Source: Eledone cirrhosa (lineage: Eukaryota). Taken from it: a stretch of DNA of 64,000 nucleotides. The notes under the pieces were generated by a model, which saw only the letters and a program-made list of their open reading frames with translations, made no database searches and had not been told where the DNA came from. Each line of letters starts with the position of its first letter. Position 1 is the first letter of the stretch. The stretch lies in assembly GCA_964016885.1 (NCBI GenBank), contig OZ024741.1:5828001-5892000 (forward strand), written 5' to 3'. Below, piece after piece: positions 28,153 to 44,800 of the stretch. The translations under genes and the position numbers were made by a program.

Positions 28153-30536
28153 CTCACAGAATATCTCAGATGTGAATGTCTTACTAACATGTCACCCCTA
28201 ACACTAATTATCTCACAGAATATCTCAGCTGTGAAGGTCATACTAACATGTCACCCCTAACACTAATTACCTCACAGAATATCTCAGCTGTGAAGGTCTT
28301 ACTAACATGTCACCCCTAACACTAATTATCACACAGAATATCTCAGATGTGAAGGTCTTACTAACATGTCACACCTAACACTAATTGTCTCACAGAATAT
28401 CTCAGATGTGAAGGTCTTACTAACATGTCACCCCTAACACTAATTACCTCACAGAGTATCTTAGATGTGAAGGTCTTACTAACATGTCACCCCTAACACT
28501 AATTACCTCACAGAATATCTCAACTGTGAAGGTCTTACTAACATGTCACCCCTAACACTAATTACCTCACAGAGTATCTTAGATGTGAAGGTCTTACTAA
28601 CATGTCACCCCTAACACTAATTACCTCACAGAATATCTCAGATGTGAAGGTCTAATTAACATGTCACCCCTAACACTAATTACCTCACAGAGTATCTCAG
28701 ATGTGAAGGTATTACTAACATGTCACCCCTAACACTAATTACCTCACAGAGTATCTTAGATGTGAAGGTCTTACTAACATGTCACCCCTAACACTAATTA
28801 CCTCACAGAATATCTCAGATGTGAAGGTCTTACTAACATGTCACCCCTAACACTAATTACCTCACAGAATATCTCAGATGTGAAGGTATTACTAACATGT
28901 CACCCCTAACACTAATTACCTCACAGAATATCTCAGATGTGAAGGTCTTACTAACATGTCACCCCTAACACTAATTACCTCACAGAATATCTCAACTGTG
29001 AAGGTCTTACTAACATGTCACCCCTAACACTAATTATCTCACAGAATATCTCAGCTGTGAAGGTCTTACTAACATGTCACCCCTAATACTAATTACCTCA
29101 CAGAATATCTCAGATGTGAAGGTCTTACTAACATGTCACCCCTAACACTAATTATCTCACAGAATATCTCAGATGTGAATGTCTTACTAACATGTCACCC
29201 CTAACACTAATTATCTCACACAATATCTCAGATGTGAAGGTCTTACTAACATGTCACCCCCACCACTAATTATCTCACAGAATATCTCAGATGTGAAGGT
29301 CTTACTAACATCGCACCCCTAACACTAATTACATAACAGAATATCTCAGCTGTGAAGGTCTTACTAACGTGTGACGCCTAATACTAATTATCTCACAGAA
29401 TATCTCAGATGTGAAGGTCTTAATAACATGTCACCCCTAACACTAATTACCTCACAGAATATCTCAGTTGTGAAGGTCTTACTAACATGTCACCACTAAC
29501 AATAATTACCTCACAGAATATCTCAGCTGTGAAGGTCTAATTAACATGTCACCCCTAACACTAATTACCTCACAGAATATCTCAGATGTGAAGGTCTTAC
29601 TAACATGTCATCCCTAACACTAATTACCTCACAAAAGATCTCAGCTGTGAAGGTCTTACTAACATGTCACCCCTAACACTAATTACCTCACAAAATATCT
29701 CAGTTGTGAAAGTCTTACTAACATGTCACCCCTAGCACTAATTACATCACAGAATATCTTAATTGTGAAGGTCTTACTAACATGTCACCCCTAACACTAA
29801 TTATCTCACAGAATATCTCAACTGTGAAGGTCTTACTAACATGTCACCCCTAACACTAATTATCTCACAGAATATCTCAGATGTGAAGGTCTTACTAACA
29901 TGTCACCCCTAACACTAATTATCTCACAGAATATCTCAGCTGTGAAGGTCTTACTAACATGTCACCCCCAACACTAATTATCTCACAGAATATCTCAGAT
30001 GTGAAGGTCTTACTAACATGTCACCCCTAACACTAATTATCTCACAGAATATCTCAGATGTGAAGGTCTTACTAACATGTCACCCCTAACACTAATTACC
30101 TCACAGAATATCTCAGATGTGAAGGTCTTACTAACATATCACCCCTAACACTAATTATCTCACAGAATATCTCAGATGTTAAGGTCTTACTAACATGTCA
30201 CCTCTAACACTAATTACCTCACAGAATATCTCAGCTGTGAAGGTCTTACTAACATGTCAGCCCTAACACTAATTATCTCACAGAATATCTCAGATGTGAA
30301 GGTCTTACTAACATGTCACACCTAACACTAATTATCTCACAGAATATCTCAGATGTGAAGGTCTTACTAACATGTCACCCCTAACACTAATTATCTCACA
30401 GAATATCTCAGATGTGAAGGTCTTACTAACATGTCACCCCTAACACTAATTACCTCACAGAATATCTCAGCTGTGAAGGTCTTACTAACATGTCACCCCT
30501 AACACTAATTATCTCACAGAATATCTCAGATGTGAA
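25582..30536. repeat. Tandem duplication of a 42-monomer (2478-bp) block, giving a third copy of about 17.7-20.2 kb
   Basis: CATCGCACC occurs at 26834 and 29312, and GGTCATAC at 25761 and 28239. Offset is 2478 = 42x59. Confidence 0.9.
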
Positions 30537-33500
30537 GGTCTTACTAACATGTCACCCCTAACACTAATTATCTCACAGAATATCTCAACTGTGAAGGTCT
30601 TACTAACATGTCACCCCTAACACTAATTATCTCACAGAATATCTCAGATGTGAAGGTCTTACTAACATGTCACCGCTACCACTAATTATCTCACAGAATA
30701 TCTCAGCTGTGAAGGTCTTACTAACATGTCACCCCTAACACTAATTATCTCACAGAATATCTCAACTGTGAAGGTCTTACTAACATGTCACCCCTAACAC
30801 TAATTATCTCACAGGATATCTCAGATGTGAAGGTCTTACTAACATGTCACCCCTAACACTAATTATCTCACAGAATATCTCAGTTGTGAAGGTCTTACTA
30901 ACATGTCACCCCTAACACTAATTACCTCACAGAATATCTCAGATGTGAAGGTCTTACTAACATGTCACCCCTAACACTAATTATCTCACAGAATATCTCA
31001 ACTGTGAAGGTCTTACTAACATGTCACCCCTAACACTAATTATCTCACAGAATATCTCAGATGTGAATGTCTTACTAACATGTCACCCCTAACACCAATT
31101 ATCTCACAGAATATCTCAGCTGTGAAGGTCTTACTAACATGTCACCCCTAACACAAATTACCTCACAGAATATCTCAGCTGTGAAGGTCTTACTAACATG
31201 TCACCCCTAACACTAATTATCTCACAGAATATCTCAGATGTGAAGGTCTTACTAACATGTCACACCTAACACTAATTGTCTCACAGAATATCTCAGATGT
31301 GAAGGTCTTACTAACATGTCACCCCTAACACTAATTATCTCACAGAATATCTCAGATGTGAAGGTCTTACTAACATGTCACCCCTAACACTAATTACCTC
31401 ACAGAATATCTCAGCTGTGAAGGTTTTACTAACATGTCACCCCTAACACGAATTACCTCACACAATATCTCAACTGTGAAGGTCTTACTAACATGTCACC
31501 CCTAACACTAATTACCTCACAGAATATCTCAGCTGTGAAGGTCTTACTAACATATCATCCCTAACACTAATTACCTCACAGAATATCTCAGCTGTGAAGG
31601 TCTTACTAACATGTCACCCCTAACACTAATTACCTCAGAGAATATCACATTTGTGAAGGTCTTACTAACATGTCACCCCTAACACTAATTATCTCACACA
31701 ATATCTCAGTTGTGAAGGTCTTACTAACATGTCACCCCTAACACTAATTACATCACAGAATATCTCAGCTGTGAAGGTCTAATTAACATGTCACCCCTAA
31801 CACTAATTACCTCACACAATATCTCAGATGTGAAGGTCTTACTAACATGTCACCCCTAACACTAATTACCTCACAGAGTATCTTAGTTAGTTATGAAGGT
31901 CTTACTAACATGTCACCCCTAACACTAATTACCTCACAGAATATCTCAACTGTGAAGGTCTTACTAACATGTCACCCCTAACACTAATTACCTCACAGAG
32001 TATCTTAGATGTGAAGGTCTTACTAACATGTCACCCCTAACACTAATTACCTCACAGAATATCTCAGATGTGAAGGTCTAATTAACATGTCACCCCTAAC
32101 ACTAATTACCTCACAGAGTATCTTAGATGTGAAGGTCTTACTAGCATGTCACCCCTAACACTAATTATCTCACAGAATATCTCAGCTGTGAAGGTCTTAA
32201 TAACATGTCACCCCTAACACTAATTACCTCACAGAATATCTCAGATGTGAAGGTCTTACTAACATGTCACCCCTAACACTAATTATCTCACAGAATATCT
32301 CAGATGTGAATGTCTTACTAACATGTCACCCCTAACACTAATTATCTCACACAATATCTCAGATGTGAAGGTCTTACTAACATGTCACCCCCAACACTAA
32401 TTATCTCACAGAATATCTCAGATGTGAAGGTCTTACTAACATGTCACCCCTAACACTAATTACCTAACAGAATATCTCAGCTGTGAAGGTCTTACTAACG
32501 TGTGACGCCTAATACTAATTATCTCACAGAATATCTCAGATGTGAAGGTCTTACTAACATGTCACCCCTAACACTAATTACCTCACAGAATATCTCAGTT
32601 GTGAAGGTCTTACTAACATGTCACCGCTACCACTAATTATCTCACAGAATATCTCAGCTGTGAAGGTCTTACTAACATGTCACCCCTAACACTAATTACC
32701 TCACAGAATATCTCAGTTGTGAAGGTCTTACTAACATGTCACCGCTACCACTAATTATCTCACAGAATATCTCAGATGTGAAGGTCTTAATAACATGTCA
32801 CCCCTAACACTAATTACCTCACAGAATATCTCAGTTGTGAAGGTCTTACTAACCTGTCACCCCTAACAATAATTACCTCACAGAATATCTCAGCTGTGAA
32901 GGTCTAATTAACATGTCACCCCTAACACTAATTACCTCACAGAATATCTCAGATGTGAAGGTCTTACTAACATGTCATCCCTAACACTAATTACCTCACA
33001 AAAGATCTCAGCTGTGAAGGTCTTACTAACATGTCACCCCTAACACTAATTACCTCACAAAATATCTCAGTTGTGAAAGTCTTACTAACATGTCACCCCT
33101 AGCACTAATTACATCACAGAATATCTTAATTGTGAAGGTCTTACTAACATGTCACCCCTAACTCTAATTATCTCACAGAATATCTCAACTGTGAAGGTCT
33201 TACTAACATGTCACCCCTAACACTAATTATCTCACAGAATATCTCAGATGTGAATGTCTTACTAACATGTCACCCCTAACACTAATTATCTCACAGAATA
33301 TCTCAGCTGTGAAGGTCTTACTAACATGTCACCCCTAACACTAATTATCTCACAGAATATCTCAGATGTGAAGGTCTTACTAACATGTCACCCCTAACAC
33401 TAATTATCTCACAGAATATCTCAGCTGTGAAGGTCTTACTAACATGTCACCCCTAACACTAATTATCTCACAGAATATCTCAGATGTGAAGGTCTTACTA

Positions 33501-36059
33501 ACATGTCACCCCTAACACTAATTATCTCACAGAATATCTCAGATGTGAAGGTCTTACTAACATGTCACCCCTAACACTAATTACCTCACAGAATATCTCA
33601 GATGTGAAGGTCTTACTAACATGTCACCCCTAACACTAATTATCTCACAGAATATCTCAGATGTTAAGGTCTTACTAACATGTCACCTCTAACACTAATT
33701 ACCTCACAGAATATCTCAGCTGTGAAGGTCTTACTAACATGTCAGCCCTAACACTAATTATCTCACAGAATATCTCAGATGTGAAGGTCTTACTAACATG
33801 TCACACCTAACACTAATTATCTCACAGAATATCTCAGATGTGAAGGTCTTACTAACATGTCACCCCTAACACTAATTATCTCACAGAATATCTCAGATGT
33901 GAAGGTCTTACTAACATGTCACCCCTAACACTAATTACCTCACAGAATATCTCAGCTGTGAAGGTCTTACTAACATGTCACCCCTAACACTAATTATCTC
34001 ACAGAATATCTCAGATGTGAAGGTCTTACTAACATGTCACCCCTAACACTAATTATATCACAGAATATCTCAACTGTGAAGGTCTTACTAACATGTCACC
34101 CCTAACACTAATTATCTCACAGAATATCTCAGATGTGAAGGTCTTACTAACATGTCACCGCTACCACTAATTATCTCACAGAATATCTCAGCTGTGAAGG
34201 TCTTACTAACATGTCACCCCTAACACTAATTATCTCACAGAATATCTCAACTGTGAAGGTCTTACTAACATGTCACCCCTAACACTAATTATCTCACAGG
34301 ATATCTCAGATGTGAAGGTCTTACTAACATGTCACCCCTAACACTAATTATCTCACAGAATATCTCAGTTGTGAAGGTCTTACTAACATGTCACCCCTAA
34401 CACTAATTACCTCACAGAATATCTCAGATGTGAAGGTCTTACTAACATGTCACCCCTAACACTAATTATCTCACAGAATATCTCAACTGTGAAGGTCTTA
34501 CTAACATGTCACCCCTAACACTAATTATCTCACAGAATATCTCAGATGTGAATGTCTTACTAACATGTCACCCCTAACACCAATTATCTCACAGAATATC
34601 TCAGCTGTGAAGGTCTTACTAACATGTCACCCCTAACACAAATTACCTCACAGAATATCTCAGCTGTGAAGGTCTTACTAACATGTCACCCCTAACACTA
34701 ATTATCTCACAGAATATCTCAGATGTGAAGGTCTTACTAACATGTCACACCTAACACTAATTGTCTCACAGAATATCTCAGATGTGAAGGTCTTACTAAC
34801 ATGTCACCCCTAACACTAATTATCTCACAGAATATCTCAGATGTGAAGGTCTTACTAACATGTCACCCCTAACACTAATTACCTCACAGAATATCTCAGC
34901 TGTGAAGGTCTTACTAACATGTCACCCCTAACACGAATTACCTCACACAATATCTCAACTGTGAAGGTCTTACTAACATGTCACCCTTAACACTAATTAC
35001 CTCACAGAATATCTCAGCTGTGAAGGTCTTACTAACATATCATCCCTAACACTAATTACCTCACAGAATATCTCAGCTGTGAAGGTCTTACTAACATGTC
35101 ACCCCTAACACTAATTACCTCAGTGAATATCACAGCTGTGAAGGTCTTACTAACATGTCACCCCTAACACTAATTATCTCACACAATATCTCAGTTGTGA
35201 AGGTCTTACTAACATGTCACCCCTAACACTAATTACATCACAGAATATCTCAGCTGTGAAGGTCTAATTAACATGTCACCCCTAACACTAATTACCTCAC
35301 ACAATATCTCAGATGTGAAGGTCTTACTAACATGTCACCCCTAACACTAATTACCTCACAGAGTATCTTAGTTAGTTATGAAGGTCTTACTAACATGTCA
35401 CCCCTAACACTAATTACCTCACAGAATATCTCAACTGTGAAGGTCTTACTAACATGTCACCCCTAACACTAATTACCTCACAGAGTATCTTAGATGTGAA
35501 GGTCTTACTAACATGTCACCCCTAACACTAATTACCTCACAGAATATCTCAGATGTGAAGGTCTAATTAACATGTCACCCCTAACACTAATTACCTCACA
35601 GAGTATCTTAGATGTGAAGGTATTACTAACATGTCACCCCTAACACTAATTACCTCACAGAATATCTCAGATGTGAAGGTCTTACTAACATGTCACCCCT
35701 AACACTAATTACCTCACAGAATATCTCAGCTGTGAAGGTCTTACTAACATGTCACCCCTAACACTAATTACCTCACAGAATATCTCAGATGTGAAGGTCT
35801 TACTAACATGTCACCCCTAACACTAATTATCTCACAGAATATCTCAGATGTGAATGTCTTACTAACATGTCACCCGTAACACTAATTATCTCACACAATA
35901 TCTCAGATGTGAAGGTCTTACTAACATGTCACCCCCAACACTAATTATCTCACAGAATATCTCAGATGTGAAGATCTTACTAACATGTCACCCCTAACAC
36001 TAATTACCTAACAGAATATCTCAGCTGTGAAGGTCTTACTAACGTGTGACGCCTAATAC

Positions 36060-37710
36060 TAATTATCTCACAGAATATCTCAGATGTGAAGGTCTTAATA
36101 ACATGTCACCCCTAACACTAATTACCTCACAGAATATCTCAGTTGTGAAGGTCTTACTAACATGTCACCCCTAACAATAATTACCTCACAGAATATCTCA
36201 GCTGTGAAGGTCTAATTAACATGTCACCCCTAACACTAATTACCTCACAGAATATCTCAGATGTGAAGGTCTTACTAACATGTCATCCCTAACACTAATT
36301 ACCTCACAAAAGATCTCAGCTGTGAAGGTCTTACTAACATGTCACCCCTAACACTAATTACCTCACAAAATATCTCAGTTGTGAAAGTCTTACTAACATG
36401 TCACCCCTAGCACTAATTACATCACAGAATATCTTAATTGTGAAGGTCTTACTAACATGTCACCCCTAACACTAATTATCTCACAGAATATCTCAACTGT
36501 GAAGGTCTTACTAACATGTCACCCCTAACACTAATTATCTCACAGGATATCTCAGATGTGAAGGTCTTACTAACATGTCACCCCTAACACTAATTATCTC
36601 ACAGAATATCTCAGTTGTGAAGGTCTTACTAACATGTCACCCCTAACACTAATTATCTCACAGAATATCTCAGCTGTGAAGGTCTTACTAACATGTCACC
36701 CCTAACACTAATTACCTCACAGAATATCTCAGATGTGAAGGTCTTACAAACATGTCACCCCTAACACTAATTATCTCACAGAATATCTCAGATGTGAAGG
36801 TCTTACTAACATGTCACCCCTAACACTAATTACCTCACAGAATATCTCAGCTGTGAAGGTCTTACTAACATGTCACCCCTAACACTAATTATCTCACAGA
36901 ATATCTCAGATGTGAAGGTCTTAATAACATGTCACCCCTAACACTAATTACCTCACAGAATATCTCAGTTGTGAAGGTCTTACTAACATGTCACCCCTAA
37001 CAATAATTACCTCACAGAATATCTCAGCTGTGAAGGTCTAATTAACATGTCACCCCTAACACTAATTACCTCACAGAATATCTCAGATGTGAAGGTCTTA
37101 CTAACATGTCATCCCTAACACTAATTACCTCACAAAAGATCTCAGCTGTGAAGGTCTTACTAACATGTCACCCCTAACACTAATTACCTCACAAAATATC
37201 TCAGTTGTGAAAGTCTTACTAACATGTCACCCCTAGCACTAATTACATCACAGAATATCTTAATTGTGAAGGTCTTACTAACATGTCACCCCTAACACTA
37301 ATTATCTCACAGAATATCTCAACTGTGAAGGTCTTACTAACATGTCACCCCTAACACTAATTATCTCACAGGATATCTCAGATGTGAAGGTCTTACTAAC
37401 ATGTCACCCCTAACACTAATTATCTCACAGAATATCTCAGTTGTGAAGGTCTTACTAACATGTCACCCCTAACACTAATTATCTCACAGAATATCTCAGC
37501 TGTGAAGGTCTTACTAACATGTCACCCCTAACACTAATTACCTCACAGAATATCTCAGATGTGAAGGTCTTACAAACATGTCACCCCTAACACTAATTAT
37601 CTCACAGAATATCTCAGATGTGAAGGTCTTACTAACATGTCACCCCTAACACTAATTACCTCACAGAATATCTCAGCTGTGAAGGTCTTACTAACATGTC
37701 ACCCCTAACA
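36060..37710. repeat. Tandem duplication of a 14-monomer (826-bp) block; ends approximate
   Basis: CCCTAGCAC (G at 36410/37236) and TTACAAAC (C at 36747/37573) are offset by 826 = 14x59. Confidence 0.88.
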
Positions 37711-38649
37711 CTAATTATCTCACAGAATATCTCAGATGTGAAGGTCTTACTAACATGTCACCCCTAACACTAATTATCTCACAGAATATCTCAGATGTGA
37801 AGGTCTTACTAACATGTCACCGCTACCACTAATTATCTCACAGAATATCTCAGCTGTGAAGGTCTTACTAACATGTCACCCCTAACACTAATTATCTCAC
37901 AGAATATCTCAACTGTGAAGGTCTTACTAACATGTCACCCCTAACACTAATTATCTCACAGAATATCTCAGATGTGAAGGTCTTACTAACATGTCACCGC
38001 TACCACTAATTATCTCACAGAATATCTCAGCTGTGAAGGTCTTACTAACATGTCACCCCTAACACTAATTATCTCACAGAATATCTCAACTGTGAAGGTC
38101 TTACTAACATGTCACCCCTAACACTAATTATCTCACAGGATATCTCAGATGTGAATGTCTTACTAACATGTCACCCCTAACACTAATTATCTCACAGAAT
38201 ATCTCAGTTGTGAAGGTCTTACTAACATGTCACCCCTAACACTAATTACCTCACAGAATATCTCAGATGTGAAGGTCTTACTAACATGTCACCCCTAACA
38301 CTAATTATCTCACAGAATATCTCAACTGTGAAGGTCTTACTAACATGTCACCCCTAACACTAATTATCTCACAGAATATCTCAGATGTGAATGTCTTACT
38401 AACATGTCACCCCTAACACCAATTATCTCACAGAATATCTCAGCTGTGAAGGTCTTACTAACATGTCACCCCTAACACTAATTACCTCACAGAATATCTC
38501 AGCTGTGAAGGTCTTACTAACATGTCACCACTAACACTAATTATCTCACAGAATATCTCAGATGTGAAGGTCTTACTAACATGTCACACCTAACACTAAT
38601 TGTCTCACAGAATATCTCAGATGTGAAGGTCTTACTAACATGTCACCCC

Positions 38650-41600
38650 TAACACTAATTATCTCACAGAATATCTCAGATGTGAAGGTCTTACTAACAT
38701 ATCATCCCTAACACTAATTACCTCACAGAATATCTCAGCTGTGAAGGTCTTACTAACATGTCACCCCTAACACGAATTACCTCACACAATATTTCAACTG
38801 TGAAGGTCTTACTAACATGTCACCCCTAACACTAATTACCTCACAGAATATCTCAGCTGTGAAGGTCTTACTAACATATCATCCCTAACACTAATTACCT
38901 CACAGAATATCTCAGCTGTGAAGGTCTTACTAACATGTCACCCCTAACACTAATTACCTCAGAGAATATCACAGCTGTGAAGGTCTAATTAACATGTCAC
39001 CCCTAACACTAATTACCTCACACAATATCTCAGATGTGAAGGTCTTACTAACATGTCACCCCTAACACTAATTACCTCACAGAGTATCTTAGTTAGTTAT
39101 GAAGATCTTACTAACATGTCACCCCTAACACTAATTACCTCACAGAATATCTCAACTGTGAAGGTCTTACTAACATGTCACCCCTAACACTAATTACCTC
39201 ACAGAGTATCTTAGATGTGAAGGTCTTACTAACATGTCACCCCTAACACTAATTACCTCACAGAATATCTCAGATGTGAAGGTCTAATTAACATGTCACC
39301 CCTAACACTAATTACCTCACAGAGTATCTTAGATGTGAAGGTATTACTAACATGTCACCCCTAACACTAATTACCTCACAGAATATCTCAGATGTGAAGG
39401 TCTTACTAACATGTCACCCCTAACACTAATTACCTCACAGAATATCTCAACTGTGAAGGTCTTACTAACATGTCACCCCTAACACTAATTATCTCACAGA
39501 ATATCTCAGCTGTGAAGGTCTTACTAACATGTCACCCCTAACACTAATTACCTCACAGAATATCTCAGATGTGAAGGTCTTACTAACATGTCACCCCTAA
39601 CACTAATTATCGCACAGAATATCTCAGATGTGAATGTCTTACTAACATGTCACCCCTAACACTAATTATCTCACACAATATCTCAGATGTGAAGGTCTTA
39701 CTAACATGTCACCCCCAACACTAATTATCTCACAGAATATCTCAGATGTGAAGGTCTTACTAACATGTCACCCCTAACACTAATTACCTAACAGAATATC
39801 TCAGCTGTGAAGGTCTTACTAACGTGTGACGCCTAATACTAATTATCTCACAGAATATCTCAGATGTGAAGGTCTTAATAACATGTCACCCCTAACACTA
39901 ATTACCTCACAGAATATCTCAGTTGTGAAGGTCTTACTAACATGTCACCGCTACCACTAATTATCTCACAGAATATCTCAGCTGTGAAGGTCTTACTAAC
40001 ATGTCACCCCTAACACTAATTATCTCACAGAATATCTCAACTGTGAAGGTCTTACTAACATGTCACCCCTAACACTAATTATCTCACAGGATATCTCAGA
40101 TGTGAAGGTCTTACTAACATGTCACCCCTAACACTAATTATCTCACAGAATATCTCAGTTGTGAAGGTCTTACTAACATGTCACCCCTAACACTAATTAC
40201 CTCACAGAATATCTCAGATGTGAAGGTCTTACTAACATGTCACCCCTAACACTAATTACCTCACAGAATATCTCAGTTGTGAAGGTCTTACTAACATGTC
40301 ACCACTAACACTAATTATCTCACAGAATATCTCAGATGTGAAGGTCTTACTAACATATCATCCCTAACACTAATTACCTCACAGAATATCTCAGCTGTGA
40401 AGGTCTTACTAACATGTCACCCCTAACACGAATTACATCACACAATATTTCAACTGTGAAGGTCTTACTAACATGTCACCCCTAACACTAATTACCTCAC
40501 AGAATATCTCAGCTGTGAAGGTCTTACTAACATATCATCCCTAACACTAATTACCTCACAGAATATCTCAGCTGTGAAGGTCTTACTAACATGTCACCCC
40601 TAACACTAATTACCTCAGAGAATATCACAGCTGTGAAGGTCTAATTAACATGTCACCCCTAACACTAATTACCTCACACAATATCTCAGATGTGAAGGTC
40701 TTACTAACATGTCACCCCTAACACTAATTACCTCACAGAGTATCTTAGTTAGTTATGAAGATCTTACTAACATGTCACCCCTAACACTAATTACCTCACA
40801 GAATATCTCAACTGTGAAGGTCTTACTAACATGTCACCCCTAACACTAATTACCTCACAGAATATCTCAGATGTGAAGGTCTAATTAACATGTCACCCCT
40901 AACACTAATTACCTCACAGAGTATCTTAGATGTGAAGGTATTACTAACATGTCACCCCTAACACTAATTACCTCACAGAATATCTCAGATGTGAAGGTCT
41001 TACTAACATGTCACCCCTAACACTAATTACCTCACAGAATATCTCAACTGTGAAGGTCTTACTAACATGTCACCCCTAACACTAATTATCTCACAGAATA
41101 TCTCAGCTGTGAAGGTCTTACTAACATGTCACCCCTAACACTAATTACCTCACAGAATATCTCAGATGTGAAGGTCTTACTAACATGTCACCCCTAACAC
41201 TAATTATCGCACAGAATATCTCAGATGTGAATGTCTTACTAACATGTCACCCCTAACACTAATTATCTCACACAATATCTCAGATGTGAAGGTCTTACTA
41301 ACATGTCACCCCCAACACTAATTATCTCACAGAATATCTCAGATGTGAAGGTCTTACTAACATGTCACCCCTAACACTAATTACCTAACAGAATATCTCA
41401 GCTGTGAAGGTCTTACTAACGTGTGACGCCTAATACTAATTATCTCACAGAATATCTCAGATGTGAAGGTCTTAATAACATGTCACCCCTAACACTAATT
41501 ACCTCACAGAATATCTCAGTTGTGAAGGTCTTACTAACATGTCACCGCTACCACTAATTATCTCACAGAATATCTCAGCTGTGAAGGTCTTACTAACATG

Positions 41601-41830
41601 TCACCCCTAACACTAATTATCTCACAGAATATCTCAACTGTGAAGGTCTTACTAACATGTCACCCCTAACACTAATTATCTCACAGGATATCTCAGATGT
41701 GAAGGTCTTACTAACATGTCACCCCTAACACTAATTATCTCACAGAATATCTCAGTTGTGAAGGTCTTACTAACATGTCACCCCTAACACTAATTACCTC
41801 ACAGAATATCTCAGATGTGAAGGTCTTACT
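38650..41830. repeat. Tandem duplication of about 27-28 monomers, with one monomer missing from the second copy; ends approximate
   Basis: TTATGAAGATCTT (39105/40761) is offset by 1656 = 28x59 + 4. TATCGCAC (39611/41208) is offset by 1597 = 27x59 + 4. Confidence 0.82.
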
Positions 41831-44800
41831 AACATGTCACCACTAACACTAATTATCTCACAGAATATCTCAACTGTGAAGGTCTTACTAACATGTCACC
41901 CCTAACACTAATTATCTCACAGAATATCTCAGATGTGAAGGTCTTACTAACATGTCACCCCTAACACTAATTATCTCACAGAATATCTCAACTGTGAAGG
42001 TCTTACTAACATGTCACCCCTAACACTAATTATCTCACAGAATATCTCAGATGTGAATGTCTTACTAACATGTCACCCCTAACACCAATTATCTCACAGA
42101 ATATCTCAGCTGTGAAGGTCTTACTAACATGTCACCCCTAACACTAATTACCTCACAGAATATCTCAGCTGTGAAGGTCTTACTAACATGTCACCCCTAA
42201 CACTAATTATCTCACAGAATATCTCAGATGTGAAGGTCTTACTAACATGTCACACCTAACACTAATTGTCTCACAGAATATCTCAGATGTGAAGGTCTTA
42301 CTAACATGTCACCCCTAACACTAATTATCTCACAGAATATCTCAGATGTGAAGGTCTTACTAACATGTCACCCCTAACACTAATTACCTCACAGAATATC
42401 TCAGCTGTGAAGGTCTTACTAACATGTCACCCCTAACACGAATTACCTCACACAATATCTCAACTGTGAAGGTCTTACTAACATGTCACCCCTAACACTA
42501 ATTACCTCACAGAATATCTCAGCTGTGAAGGTCTTACTAACATATCATCCCTAACACTAATTACCTCACAGAATATCTCAGCTGTGAAGGTCTTACTAAC
42601 ATGTCACCCCTAACACTAATTACCTCAGAGAATATCACAGCTGTGAAGGTCTTACTAACATGTCACCCCTAACACTAATTATCTCACACAATATCTCAGT
42701 TGTGAAGGTCTTACTAACATGTCACCCCTAACACTAATTACATCACAGAATATCTCAGCTGTGAAGGTCTAATTAACATGTCACCCCTAACACTAATTAC
42801 CTCACACAATATCTCAGATGTGAAGGTCTTACTAACATGTCACCCCTAACACTAATTACCTCACAGAGTATCTTAGTTAGTTATGAAGGTCTTACTAACA
42901 TGTCACCCCTAACACTAATTACCTCACAGAATATCTCAACTGTGAAGGTCTTACTAACATGTCACCCCTAACACTAATTACCTCACAGAGTATCTTAGAT
43001 GTGAAGGTCTTACTAACATGTCACCCCTAACACTAATTACCTCACAGAATATCTCAGATGTGAAGGTCTAATTAACATGTCACCCCTAACACTAATTACC
43101 TCACAGAGTATCTTAGATGTGAAGGTATTACTAACATGTCACCCCTAACACTAATTACCTCACAGAATATCTCAGATGTGAAGGTCTTACTAACATGTCA
43201 CCCCTAACACTAATTACCTCACAGAATATCTCAACTGTGAAGGTCTTACTAACATGTCACCCCTAACACTAATTATCTCACAGAATATCTCAGCTGTGAA
43301 GGATTTACTAACATGTCACCCCTAACACTAATTACCTCACAGAATATCTCAGATGTGAAGGTCTTACTAACATGTCACCCCTAACACTAATTATCGCACA
43401 GAATATCTCAGATGTGAATGTCTTACTAACATGTCACCCCTAACACTAATTATCTCACACAATATCTCAGATGTGAAGGTCTTACTAACATGTCACCCCC
43501 AACACTAATTATCTCACAGAATATCTCAGATGTGAAGGTCTTACTAACATGTCACCCCTAACACTAATTACCTAACAGAATATCTCAGCTGTGAAGGTCT
43601 TACTAACGTGTGACGCCTAATACTAATTATCTCACAGAATATCTCAGATGTGAAGGTCTTAATAACATGTCACCCCTAACACTAATTACCTCACAGAATA
43701 TCTCAGTTGTGAAGGTCTTACTAACATGTCACCGCTACCACTAATTATCTCACAGAATATCTCAGCTGTGAAGGTCTTACTAACATGTCACCCCTAACAC
43801 TAATTATCTCACAGAATATCTCAACTGTGAAGGTCTTACTAACATGTCACCCCTAACACTAATTATCTCACAGAATATCTCAGTTGTGAAGGTCTTACTA
43901 ACATGTCACCCCTAACACTAATTACCTCACAGAATATCTCAGATGTGAAGGTCTTACTAACATGTCACCCCTAACACTAATTATCTCACAGAATATCTCA
44001 ACTGTGAAGGTCTTACTAACATGTCACCCCTAACACTAATTATCTCACAGAATATCTCAGATGTGAATGTCTTACTAACATGTCACCCCTAACACCAATT
44101 ATCTCACAGAATATCTCAGCTGTGAAGGTCTTACTAACATGTCACCCCTAACACTAATTACCTCACAGAATATCTCAGCTGTGAAGGTCTTACTAACATG
44201 TCACCCCTAACACTAATTATCTCACAGAATATCTCAGATGTGAAGGTCTTACTAACATGTCACACCTAACACTAATTGTCTCACAGAATATCTCAGATGT
44301 GAAGGTCTTACTAACATGTCACCCCTAACACTAATTATCTCACAGAATATCTCAGCTGTGAAGGTCTAATTAACATGTCACCCCTAACACGAATTACCTC
44401 ACACAATATCTCAACTGTGAAGGTCTTACTAACATGTCACCCCTAACACTAATTACCTCACAGAATATCTCAGCTGTGAAGGTCTTACTAACATATCATC
44501 CCTAACACTAATTACCTCACAGAATATCTCAGCTGTGAAGGTCTTACTAACATGTCACCCCTAACACTAATTACCTCAGAGAATATCACAGCTGTGAAGG
44601 TCTTACTAACATGTCACCCCTAACACTAATTATCTCACACAATATCTCAGTTGTGAAGGTCTTACTAACATGTCACCCCTAACACTAATTACATCACAGA
44701 ATATCTCAGCTGTGAAGAACTAATTAACATGTCACCCCTAACACTAATTACCTCACACAATATCTCAGATGTGAAGGTCTTACTAGCATGTCACCCCTAA

